Of a stretch of DNA of 32,000 nucleotides, positions 9,519 to 17,561 are shown in pieces. The position numbers and the translations under genes are program-made. Every line of letters begins with the position of its first letter. Within the stretch, counting starts at the first letter, position 1. The stretch comes from Crocosphaera subtropica ATCC 51142 (lineage in GTDB: Bacteria; Cyanobacteriota; Cyanobacteriia; Cyanobacteriales; Microcystaceae), in contig NC_010546.1 in assembly GCF_000017845.1 (NCBI RefSeq), positions 240,001 to 272,000 of the forward strand. The letters run 5' to 3'. The notes below the pieces were generated by a model that saw nothing but the letters and a program-made list of their open reading frames with translations, made no database searches and was not told where the DNA came from.

Positions 9519-10979
9519 ATGATGATTTCTGAGGCTTTATTAGAAAAATTAAGTGATATTATTAACCGTGATCCAGGGGTGAATATTGTCCCTTCTCTGG
9601 GGGAACCGACAGCCATAGAAATAGAGGAACAACGACTAAAAGCGCAAGGACAATGGGTTAGTGCCATAGCATCCTTAGAAATCTTACTACTATCTTACTT
9701 AGACACAAACACATCTGACAATAAGAACCCTCAAGGATTAATTTTATCAGCCCCAACCCCTATTTTATGCCATCCCAACCTAACTAATTTAATTCAGACA
9801 GGCATTTTTACCCTGCAACCCAGTCAACACAGTTGGAAACAATTTCAACTTCCTGGGTTTGCTGATGCTGAAAATAGAAACCAGCGACCCAACATTAGAG
9901 AATTTCCCTTATTTCCTCAAGATCCCCTAGCTACTGAGCAATTTTGTTTAGTTTTAACTTCTCAGTTTTCCTTATTAATGGTTTTAGGGGAAGATAGCTT
10001 AGGACTGCCTGCGTTTCAATTTTCCTTTGATCCTGATGTGATATCTCAAGCATGGTTAAGGTTGCGATCGCGTCTCAGTTTAGTCAATCACCCCCAACTC
10101 TGTGACTTAGACGAATTAGTTAAACAGCTTATCCCTTCCACTCCCAGTTATCAAGTGGTTACGGAATTTAGTCGTTTATTACTGCATTATTTTCCTAAAA
10201 TTTCTCCTATCATTAACTCAAAAAATTGTTATAGTCAAGACTTAGAAAATGGCAAGGATCAAGCCTATTCATCTAAGAAAAATTCCTTTACTACTTCTAC
10301 TGTTGAAGAAGCTACCGATGTAGCCTTACTTCAAGCTTTAAGTCATGAAATTCGTACGCCTTTAACCAGTATTCGTACGATGACTCGGTTGCTATTGAGG
10401 AATAAAGAGTTAGATCCCAAAATGATCCGCTTATTAGAAAATATCGATCAAGAATGTAGTGAACAAATTAACCGTATGGAACTTATTTTCCGTGCGACAG
10501 AATTAAAAAGTAAAGGCTCTCAAGATCCTTCAGTAGAATTAGTTAGAACCTCGTTAGATACCCTATTTCATCAATCTATTCCTCGTTGGAAGCGACAAGC
10601 ACAAAGGCGTAATGTTGATTTAGAGATAGGACTGCCAAAGAAATTACCCCAAGTGGTTAGTGATCCAGGAATGTTAGATCAAGTGTTAACAGGGTTAATG
10701 GAAAAATGTACCCGTAGTCTTTCAGGTGGGGGACAAATTAAAGTACAAGTGAGTACCGCAGGACATCAATTAAAATTACAATTTCACACAGAATCCTATC
10801 GACAATATAATCCATTTAAAGCGTTAGGACAACTATTATTATTACAACCAGAAACGGGTAGTGTGAGTTTAAATTTAGATGTTACCAAAAACCTCTTTAA
10901 TCGTTTGGGAGGGAAATTAATTGTCCGTCAGCGATCGCAACAAGGGGAAATTTTCACTATCTTTTTACCCTTAACTTAG
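9519..10979 (+). CDS. soluble sensor histidine kinase with intact H-box but degenerate HATPase_c motifs
   Basis: 486-aa ORF with no TM segments. The H-box is SHEIRTPLTSI (His276, codon 10344-10346). In the C-terminal catalytic domain the N-box Asn, G1 (DxGxG) and G2 (GxGLGL) positions read MEKCTRS, HTESYRQ and GSVSLNL. The N-terminal ~270 aa sensor region may be DICT-like (EQFCLVLTSQFSLLMVLGED); this is tentative. Confidence 0.7.
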   Translation: MMISEALLEKLSDIINRDPGVNIVPSLGEPTAIEIEEQRLKAQGQWVSAIASLEILLLSYLDTNTSDNKNPQGLILSAPTPILCHPNLTNLIQTGIFTLQPSQHSWKQFQLPGFADAENRNQRPNIREFPLFPQDPLATEQFCLVLTSQFSLLMVLGEDSLGLPAFQFSFDPDVISQAWLRLRSRLSLVNHPQLCDLDELVKQLIPSTPSYQVVTEFSRLLLHYFPKISPIINSKNCYSQDLENGKDQAYSSKKNSFTTSTVEEATDVALLQALSHEIRTPLTSIRTMTRLLLRNKELDPKMIRLLENIDQECSEQINRMELIFRATELKSKGSQDPSVELVRTSLDTLFHQSIPRWKRQAQRRNVDLEIGLPKKLPQVVSDPGMLDQVLTGLMEKCTRSLSGGGQIKVQVSTAGHQLKLQFHTESYRQYNPFKALGQLLLLQPETGSVSLNLDVTKNLFNRLGGKLIVRQRSQQGEIFTIFLPLT

Positions 10980-11233
10980 GAGTTTAAGAGACTGTTCCTC
11001 AAATAAATCTTAAATGCAACCTGATGACTTAGCATAACCTATCAGAATCTTTACGAGAGAGTGGGGTCAACCTCACAGCCAACTCCCAAAAATTTAAGAT
11101 CAACATCGCAATTGATACAATTTCTAGGAATCAACCACGATACAATAAAAATAGGATTGGTTATCGTCAATCCATTTATTGTGCCATCACTGCCTTAGGG
11201 CAGGATTACTGAACGCCAGGGAAACGTTACCTT

Positions 11234-12064
11234 ATGCCCCAATCTAATCTACATCTCGTCAACTCCCATGTAGATAATCATCAGGTTTCTGAACCTTATT
11301 CTCATAGCCAAACTCATCAACGGAGTAAACCTGAATTATCCCTAGAAGTAGTTAACCAAACCTTAGAGAATGCAAACGCTCAACAGGTTATAGAATGGGC
11401 TAGAGACACCTTTGGGGATGGATTGGTCATGAGTACCAGTTTCGGTATTCAAGCAGCCGTCATGTTGCATCTAGTGACCGAAGTGGTGCCAGATATTCCG
11501 ATTATTTGGGTGGATACAGGTTATCTTCCTCCAGAAACCTACCGATTTGCTGAAGAATTAACCGATCGCCTCAAACTTAATTTAAAAGTCTATCAATCAA
11601 CCTTGACCCCTGCTAGGATGGAAGCCCTTTATGGTAAACTGTGGAGCCAACACGATGTAGAGTCTCTTAATCGTTACGATTTAATCCGTAAAGTCGAACC
11701 GATGCAACGAGCTTTAAAAGAACTTCAGGCCACGGCTTGGTTAGCCGGGTTGCGTCGTCAACAAACAGAACACAGAAAGTCCCTTGAACGGGTTGAGTTA
11801 CAAGGGGATCAGTATAAAGTTTACCCTATTTTAACCTGGAATTCCCGTGATATCTATCATTATTTAACTGCCCACGACCTACCCTATCATCCCTATTTTG
11901 ATAAAGGATACGTTAGTGTAGGGGACTGGCATTCTAGTCGTCCTGTAACAACTGCTGATGAAAATGAACGGGATAGTCGTTTTCATGGTGTTAAACAGGA
12001 GTGTGGCTTACATTTGCCCCTGTCTCCTGAAGCAGCCGAAAGTTTAGATTCAAGTACCCTTTAG
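11234..12064 (+). CDS. cysH: phosphoadenosine phosphosulfate (PAPS) reductase, thioredoxin-dependent type
   Basis: 276-aa ORF. It has a PAPS_reduct fold ([27 protein letters not shown]) and the C-terminal catalytic ECGLH motif. That Cys is the only cysteine in the protein, so the CC...CxxC Fe-S cluster ligands of APS reductases are absent. Confidence 0.85.
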   Translation: MPQSNLHLVNSHVDNHQVSEPYSHSQTHQRSKPELSLEVVNQTLENANAQQVIEWARDTFGDGLVMSTSFGIQAAVMLHLVTEVVPDIPIIWVDTGYLPPETYRFAEELTDRLKLNLKVYQSTLTPARMEALYGKLWSQHDVESLNRYDLIRKVEPMQRALKELQATAWLAGLRRQQTEHRKSLERVELQGDQYKVYPILTWNSRDIYHYLTAHDLPYHPYFDKGYVSVGDWHSSRPVTTADENERDSRFHGVKQECGLHLPLSPEAAESLDSSTL

Positions 12065-12455
12065 TCTTTTTGGACAATACCAGATCAACTCAACATATTT
12101 TCTGTTGGTAGGGTTTCCCTTCGGTCTTCTGATGGTGTGAGACTATACTGCTTTTGTGATAAACTTGGAATTATATAAAATCTTCGTATCCAAACTCTAT
12201 TGGTCAACAAGTAGGCAAACTGTTACTATTAACCATAACTCATAGTTGTTTGTAGCTGTAGCACAGAGTTTTGTTGTGTTCGCCGAAGGCTCGATTTCAG
12301 CGAACATAATGCTGAGATTCAGTGGGATTTCTTTAGATTAAACTGGGAAAAAGGGGGATGACTGGCTAAGAATTGCGAATCTCCTTACCTTTAGTAAGAA
12401 GAGTCTCCATACGCTATTCTTGTAACTTGTCACCCTTAAAAAGCATGAACTCGAA

Positions 12456-12653
12456 TTAACTCATCGCAGCGTTCGACCGATCGTAGGAACTACGAAAATC
12501 AGCACAGGGTTTACCTTGAATAGTAGTCCAATAGTCTTTTTCTACATCTACGCCAATCTCAGAAGCCGCCCGTCCTAACATGGATTGTTGACGATTTTTG
12601 ACCATTTGGTGATGACGCATCATTAAAGCTCTTGCTTGTTGTTGAGTAGACAT
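12456..12653 (-). CDS. gifA: glutamine synthetase inactivating factor IF7
   Basis: 65-aa ORF: MSTQQQARALMMRHHQMVKNRQQSMLGRAASEIGVDVEKDYWTTIQGKP...YDRSNAAMS. It is near-identical in pattern and length to Synechocystis IF7 as I recall it. A GGAG lies 11 nt upstream of the ATG, and an NtcA box sits in the promoter region (12734-12747). Confidence 0.7.
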   Translation of the reverse strand: MSTQQQARALMMRHHQMVKNRQQSMLGRAASEIGVDVEKDYWTTIQGKPCADFRSSYDRSNAAMS

Positions 12654-12733
12654 AATTGTTAGACTCCGATTGTTTATGGTGTTTTTTTATCTGGTTTATT
12701 TCACCCTCACTACTATGTATAACACACAATTCT

Positions 12734-12747
12734 GTAACATTTGCTAC
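12734..12747 (-). promoter_or_regulatory. NtcA binding box (GTA-N8-TAC) in the gifA promoter
   Basis: GTAACATTTGCTAC is an exact GTA-N8-TAC match, 81-94 nt upstream of the gifA ATG. On the gifA strand a TATACA-like -10 follows only about 12 nt after the box. The box would therefore overlap the -35 region, which is the repressor geometry known for gif genes. Confidence 0.5.
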
Positions 12748-12946
12748 AAAATAGGACTTTATCTATAAAACTTAACATTTTGTTTGGGATCGTGGAAACA
12801 ACTATACCCGTAGACAGAGAAAAGTTAGGAGATAAGAATAACGGGTAATGTCAGGATTCGTTGAACTCATTACCCAAAAAAATCGTTATCATTAAAGATT
12901 GAGCAAAATTATAATCTCTACGAACTAATATCTTAGATTAACTATT

Positions 12947-14305
12947 ATGGCATTACCCATTGTTGCGATTATTGGACGGCCCAATGTGGGCAAATCAACC
13001 CTTGTCAACCGATTAGCCAAAGATAGACAAGCAATTGTACATGATCAGCCAGGAATTACCCGCGATCGCACTTATCGGCCGGCATTTTGGTGCGATCGTG
13101 ATTTTCAAGTAGTGGATACAGGGGGGTTAGTATTCGACGATGATACAGAATTTTTACCCTTGATCCGAGAACAGGCCATGGCAGCCTTAACAGAAGCCAG
13201 TGCAGCCATTTTTGTCGTGGATGGACAACTGGGACCCACAGCCGGCGATCGTGAGATTTCAGACTGGTTAAGACGGCAAAAGGTTCCTGTGTTATTAGCG
13301 GTGAATAAATGTGAGTCACCGGAGATGGGATTAATACAAGCAGCCGAATTTTGGGAATTAGGTTTAGGAGAACCCTATCCTATATCGGGTATTCATGGCA
13401 GTGGAACTGGGGAATTACTCGATCAATTAATTACCTATTTACCCTCCCCTGACGAACTTCCCGATAGAGAAGAAATCAATGTGTCGATTATTGGTCGTCC
13501 TAATGTGGGAAAATCCAGTTTATTGAATGCGTTTTTAGGGGAACAAAGAGCCATTGTTAGTCCTATTTCTGGAACCACTAGAGATGCGATTGATACAGTG
13601 GTCGAACGAGGAGACAACACCTATCGTTTAATTGATACGGCTGGTATTCGTCGTAAAAAAAATGTTAACTATGGGGCAGAATTTTTCAGTATTAATCGAG
13701 CCTTTAAAGCCATTCGTCGTGCGGATGTCGTCTTATTAGTCATTGACGCTATTGATGGAGTGACAGACCAAGATATTAAGTTAGCAGATCGCATTATTGA
13801 CGAAGGACGGGCGGCTATTATTGTGGTCAATAAATGGGATGCAGTAGAGAAAGATTCTTATACTATTTATGACTACAAACAAAAGGTGATGGATCGACTT
13901 TATTTTATGGAATGGGCTGATATTATTTTTGTTAGTGCCATGTCAGGAAAACGAGTGGAAAACATCTTTGAATTAGTGGATGTCGCTGTAGAAGAACATC
14001 GTCGTCGGGTGAATACGTCTGTTGTTAACGAAGTATTAGAAGAAGCGGTTAAATGGCATTCGCCCCCCACCACTAAACAAGGAAAACAAGGGAGAATATA
14101 TTACGGAACCCAGGTATCGAGTCAACCGCCAACTATTGCTTTATTTGTCAATGATCCCAAGCGATTTAATGATAATTATCGACGCTATATTGAACGACAG
14201 TTTCGAGAACAAATCGGTTTTCCTGGAACTCCTATTCGTTTGCTATGGAGAGGGAAGAAAACACGAGATGTTGAACCCAGTTTAAATAGGGCGACAAAAG
14301 TTTAG
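12947..14305 (+). CDS. der: ribosome-biogenesis GTPase Der (EngA)
   Basis: 452-aa ORF with two tandem GTPase domains (GRPNVGKST ... DTGG ... NKCE; GRPNVGKSS ... DTAG ... NKWD) plus a C-terminal KH-like domain. Confidence 0.95.
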   Translation: MALPIVAIIGRPNVGKSTLVNRLAKDRQAIVHDQPGITRDRTYRPAFWCDRDFQVVDTGGLVFDDDTEFLPLIREQAMAALTEASAAIFVVDGQLGPTAGDREISDWLRRQKVPVLLAVNKCESPEMGLIQAAEFWELGLGEPYPISGIHGSGTGELLDQLITYLPSPDELPDREEINVSIIGRPNVGKSSLLNAFLGEQRAIVSPISGTTRDAIDTVVERGDNTYRLIDTAGIRRKKNVNYGAEFFSINRAFKAIRRADVVLLVIDAIDGVTDQDIKLADRIIDEGRAAIIVVNKWDAVEKDSYTIYDYKQKVMDRLYFMEWADIIFVSAMSGKRVENIFELVDVAVEEHRRRVNTSVVNEVLEEAVKWHSPPTTKQGKQGRIYYGTQVSSQPPTIALFVNDPKRFNDNYRRYIERQFREQIGFPGTPIRLLWRGKKTRDVEPSLNRATKV

Positions 14306-14579
14306 CACACTCGCTTTTAAAGAGAAAGAGGGTTTGGGAGAGATACAATCCTCTTTCAAACTAATTGCTCTTGCTTGTTGCCTTTTGGCTTGAAAACATT
14401 AATGAATTTAAGAGAACGTATAACATAGAAGAATTGTTCGAGCTAAAAAATTGGTTACTAGCAGGCCATATTGATGATGCTTTGTTGCTAGTAGAGTAAC
14501 TCACAGAAATGAGCAAAGATGATAAGCTCACGAGGTGGCAAGTCGGGTAAAACATCTACCTAGAGAACCTGAGTTCGGG

Positions 14580-15563
14580 TTAAGCAGATTCAGGTAAAAC
14601 CCAGTCCATTTCAAGAGAAGGTTTTTTGGGTTGATGACAATAAGCAATTAATCCACAAAGGAGGTTCACACAAAAATTGACAGGACTACGATGGCGAGAA
14701 TGTTCGATTTGAGAGATATTCTTTAATTGGTCAATAATTGTCTCAATAATCGAGCGTTTACGTGATAAAAGCTTATCGTGAAGTCCCATGAGTTTATTCT
14801 TCATATTGCGTCTCGGTTTAGCAAAAAACTCAATTCCCAAATTGTCTAAAAGCTCTGAAGCTAATTTCTGGGAGACATAGCCTCGGTCAGCAAAAATTTT
14901 GCCAAAAAGCCCTTCAACAAGTTCTAGGACGGGGTTGCGGTCATCGACATTACCAGCAGTAATGCTGACGTTAAGCAATTCTCCTTGCTCATTAACCACT
15001 AAATGCAGCTTAAAGCCAAAAAACCAATCTACTGAAGTTTTACCGCGTGCAGCTAGACCATCAAACACTTTATGCCTTGAAATCCGTCGATTATGACAAA
15101 CTCCCGACCCACCTGGATTTAAAATCCAGGTGGAAAGCGGGAGTGCATTCCGCACTTTGATGCTCGTAGAATCGAGAAAACTGATCCCACTGCATTGCCC
15201 AAAACAATGTTTGAGATAGACACACAAAGGAATTAGGGTCGAAGGCATCCATTCAATAAATCGTTGATAACTAGGTAAATGGGGAAATTCCGCACGAAAA
15301 TGACAACAAACTTCCTCAAGATAATAATGTTTGAAGTTACGATAGTGATTAGCGTGAAAAACAATTAAAATTGTCATAATCTCACTTAAACATAAGCATT
15401 TCCTTCGTTGACGAGTTTGAAAACCATGAGAAATTAATTGTTTATGCCACAATGGTTCAAAAGTTTGGCAAAAGTCATCTACATGGCAAAATGCGGAGCG
15501 AACTGTTCCGAGGTTCCCTCGGAACCAGCATGCGCACCAAGATAAAGCATCTATACTAAACAT
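14580..15563 (-). CDS. IS982-family DDE transposase (carries an 18-aa in-frame insertion)
   Basis: 327-aa ORF. The motifs are those I associate with IS982-type transposases: [32 protein letters not shown]...[71 protein letters not shown]. The stop codon lies inside the left IR. Confidence 0.8.
   Translation of the reverse strand: MFSIDALSWCACWFRGNLGTVRSAFCHVDDFCQTFEPLWHKQLISHGFQTRQRRKCLCLSEIMTILIVFHANHYRNFKHYYLEEVCCHFRAEFPHLPSYQRFIEWMPSTLIPLCVYLKHCFGQCSGISFLDSTSIKVRNALPLSTWILNPGGSGVCHNRRISRHKVFDGLAARGKTSVDWFFGFKLHLVVNEQGELLNVSITAGNVDDRNPVLELVEGLFGKIFADRGYVSQKLASELLDNLGIEFFAKPRRNMKNKLMGLHDKLLSRKRSIIETIIDQLKNISQIEHSRHRSPVNFCVNLLCGLIAYCHQPKKPSLEMDWVLPESA
15100..15144. repeat. nested perfect-stem palindrome inserted in frame within the transposase gene
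   Basis: The outer arms are ACTCCCG (15100-15106) and CGGGAGT (15138-15144). The inner arms are CCACCTGGATTT (15109-15120) and AAATCCAGGTGG (15122-15133). The region encodes [18 protein letters not shown], placed between IKV and CHNRRI. Confidence 0.7.
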
Positions 15564-15945
15564 GGGGAGGAGTTACTGAATATTTGTCTTATTTTCAGCT
15601 TACTACTCCTTCCTTTCCTTATCCCGAACTCAGCTTAGAGAGGGTTTTTGACAATTTCTAGGGCGATCGCAACGGCTGAAACTTTCTTTAATTCAACTTT
15701 CCTTTAACCCTTATAAGCCTAGCTCTGACTTGACTTTAACCGACTTGTCTGTTTACGCTCTTCTGTAGAACAGCCCACCTTCTAGAATTTTATGTTATAT
15801 TTAATGTAGTTATAAACTCGTTTACAACCTGAGTTTGCCCCCAACAGTACCGATAACCCTAAAATAAAATAAAAACTTAACGGTCTGTTAATTGCTTGGC
15901 AAACAATTAAAAGGAAGCAACTATATTACAGGAGCCGTCTGCCTG

Positions 15946-16089
15946 ATGGACTATTTAGAAAAAGTTCTAGAAAAGCTTAGAGAATTGGCACAAAAGCTAA
16001 TCGAAACCTTATTAGGCCCTCAAGCCGAACCAGAACCAGAACTGATACCCATTCCAGTCAACGACCCAAAGCGTCGCAGTCATAGATAA
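15946..16089 (+). CDS. small hypothetical protein (47 aa from the internal ATG)
   Basis: The ORF-track entry 15892-16089 begins with a TTG. The in-frame ATG at 15946 has AGGAG at 15928-15932. The product is [47 protein letters not shown], a helix followed by a Pro/Glu-rich tail. It sits 11 nt upstream of aroQ. Coding status is uncertain. Confidence 0.3.
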   Translation: MDYLEKVLEKLRELAQKLIETLLGPQAEPEPELIPIPVNDPKRRSHR

Positions 16090-16100
16090 GCAGGTCTGGT

Positions 16101-16565
16101 GTGTTCACTGAATCTTCTCAAAAGTTAAGTATCCTTGTTATTCATGGACCTAATCTTAATATGTTAGGTATTCGTGAGCCTGGAATTTATGGTTCTGTTA
16201 CCTTAGAAGGTATTAACCGTCTTCTCAGTGAGAAGGCGGACTCTTTGGGTTGCACCCTATCTATAACCCAATCCAACGATGAAGGGGTTTTAGTCGAGTC
16301 CATTCAAGATGCTTTAGGCAATCATCAAGGAATACTGATTAATGCGGCTGCTTATACTCATACTAGCATCGCCATTCGAGATGCCTTGTCTGCGGTCAAA
16401 ATACCGACAGTAGAAGTTCATTTAAGCAATATTTATCAACGAGAAAGCTTCCGCCATCATTCTTACATTGCTCCTATAGCAGTGGGACAAATTAGTGGTT
16501 TCGGAGCTAATAGTTACCGTTTAGGATTAGAAGCTTTACATCATTATCTTAACCAACAAGAATAA
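16101..16565 (+). CDS. aroQ: type II 3-dehydroquinate dehydratase
   Basis: 154-aa ORF with a GTG start. It has [36 protein letters not shown] and [17 protein letters not shown], the type II DHQase signatures. Confidence 0.9.
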   Translation: MFTESSQKLSILVIHGPNLNMLGIREPGIYGSVTLEGINRLLSEKADSLGCTLSITQSNDEGVLVESIQDALGNHQGILINAAAYTHTSIAIRDALSAVKIPTVEVHLSNIYQRESFRHHSYIAPIAVGQISGFGANSYRLGLEALHHYLNQQE

Positions 16566-16632
16566 CCTGGAAAATAAGAGATAATGGAGCATTATCATAT
16601 TGCTCCCATAGGTTTTAGAGAAAGCAGTAGGA

Positions 16633-17343
16633 ATGAGTATGCGGTTAACGATATTAGCATTGATGGTGATCAGCGCAGGAATTATGCTGTTGCAAAATCA
16701 GCAGTCGATCACCCTTTATTTCCTGGGAACTGATGCTGAAACTGCTTTATTCTCCCTAGGACTGCCTTTAGGCCTCTGGATTCTCATCTTTACCATAGCA
16801 GGAATTATTAGCAGTTTATTCATTCAATTATTTACCCGATCTTCTCGTTTACTCTCCTTTAAAAAACCCATTAACCCTAGTCCTCGTCTTCCCGATCCCC
16901 CTGAAACACCCTATCAACGTCCTGAACCTAAGCAATCCGATTGGGAGAGGTCTTCTCCTCCAGAATGGGAAAAGAGTCCCCAAGACAAAGAGGATGATGA
17001 TGAGTGGGAGATTGAAGAACCTCCCATTGAAAAGACCATTCCTCGTCGACCACCTCAAGGGGAAAATACACGTTCAGAGTTTGAAATCCAGCAACCTCCT
17101 AAAACCGCATCCCAAGAAGGAACGGTCTATTCCTATACCTATCGAGAATTAAGCGATCGCGTCTCTTCTGATCCCTCTCAAAGTCCTCCTAAACTGGAAA
17201 AAAAACCCCAATCTTCATCTTCTCAAACCCGTGGAGATGTTTATGATGCTCAATATCGTATTATTACTCCTCCCTACCAACCGTCTCAAGAGTCTAATGA
17301 CGAGGATGGAGAAAATGAGGAAGACGAAGAAAACTGGATTTAA
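16633..17343 (+). CDS. LapA-domain (DUF1049-like) membrane protein with long acidic, Pro-rich tail
   Basis: 236-aa ORF. Two N-terminal TM helices (LTILALMVISAGIMLL; LPLGLWILIFTIAGIISSLFIQLF) are followed by a ~160-aa disordered Pro/Glu/Asp/Ser tail with repeated Trp-acidic motifs (DWERS, PEWEKS, DEWEIEE, ENWI). Confidence 0.55.
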   Translation: MSMRLTILALMVISAGIMLLQNQQSITLYFLGTDAETALFSLGLPLGLWILIFTIAGIISSLFIQLFTRSSRLLSFKKPINPSPRLPDPPETPYQRPEPKQSDWERSSPPEWEKSPQDKEDDDEWEIEEPPIEKTIPRRPPQGENTRSEFEIQQPPKTASQEGTVYSYTYRELSDRVSSDPSQSPPKLEKKPQSSSSQTRGDVYDAQYRIITPPYQPSQESNDEDGENEEDEENWI

Positions 17344-17561
17344 GACGACACATTGAACTTTTCTTGAATACGTTGAGTAATTAATTCAATTTGTTGCTCA
17401 GAAGTTAAACTATCTAATTCATCAATACCAATGATTACTTGTTTAGGTTGTTGTTGTTTACGATCTAAATAGGCATAAAATGCTTCCTTATCATTTTTAT
17501 GTTCAATCAAATATTGTTTGAGTTGTTGATCGCTCATTTTAGTATAGTTAATAGGCTTCAT
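17340..17561 (-). CDS. small hypothetical protein (73 aa), downstream member of a coupled pair
   Basis: The ORF is MKPINYTKMSDQQLKQYLIEHKNDKEAFYAYLDRKQQ.... Its ATG overlaps the stop of the upstream 60-aa ORF (TAATG on the minus strand, 17559-17563). The pattern MS..EL+.Y...H+.D.EAF.AY.DR recalls a small-protein family I remember as widespread in cyanobacteria; the family name was not verified. Confidence 0.5.
   Translation of the reverse strand: MKPINYTKMSDQQLKQYLIEHKNDKEAFYAYLDRKQQQPKQVIIGIDELDSLTSEQQIELITQRIQEKFNVSS

Larger units (their letters stand above)
14567..15635 (-). mobile_element. IS982-family-like insertion sequence, apparently intact (1069 bp)
   Basis: Terminal inverted repeats are CTGAGTTCGGGTTAAG (14569-14584) and, in reverse complement, CTGAGTTCGGGATAAG (15618-15633), a 15/16 match. 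They are flanked by a direct repeat TAGAGA at 14561-14566 and 15636-15641, read as a target-site duplication. The element encloses a single DDE transposase ORF. Confidence 0.75.

Noticed and set aside
12279-12306. GTTCGCCGAAGG...GCGAAC reminded me of the glutamine riboswitch (glnA RNA / Downstream-peptide motif), which regulates gif genes in cyanobacteria.
   Set aside because: It lies downstream of gifA, not in its 5'UTR, on either strand. It also lacks the ACGGAAGUAGG and GAAGGAACG elements I recall from the consensus.
14324-14357. GAAAGAGG-N18-CCTCTTTC hairpin just after the der stop, considered as a terminator.
   Set aside because: It has a large loop and no following U-tract on the plus strand, which is not enough to call an intrinsic terminator.
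14361-14555. A 64-aa minus-strand ORF between der and the IS. There is also a plus-strand frame reading ENINEFKRTYNIEELFELKNWLLAGHIDDALLLVE*LTEMSKDDKLTRWQVG that looks vaguely like a gene remnant.
   Set aside because: The minus ORF is Ser/Asn-rich with no RBS. The plus-frame segment has no start codon, has an internal stop, and has no family I can name. At most it is a degraded fragment and cannot be supported as a pseudogene without a search.
15826-15835. A 10-nt match (AACCTGAGTT) to the left IS inverted repeat, about 190 bp beyond the right end of the IS. It could be a solo IR remnant.
   Set aside because: The match ends after 10 nt, has no partner repeat or TSD, and was found post hoc. 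Chance cannot be excluded.
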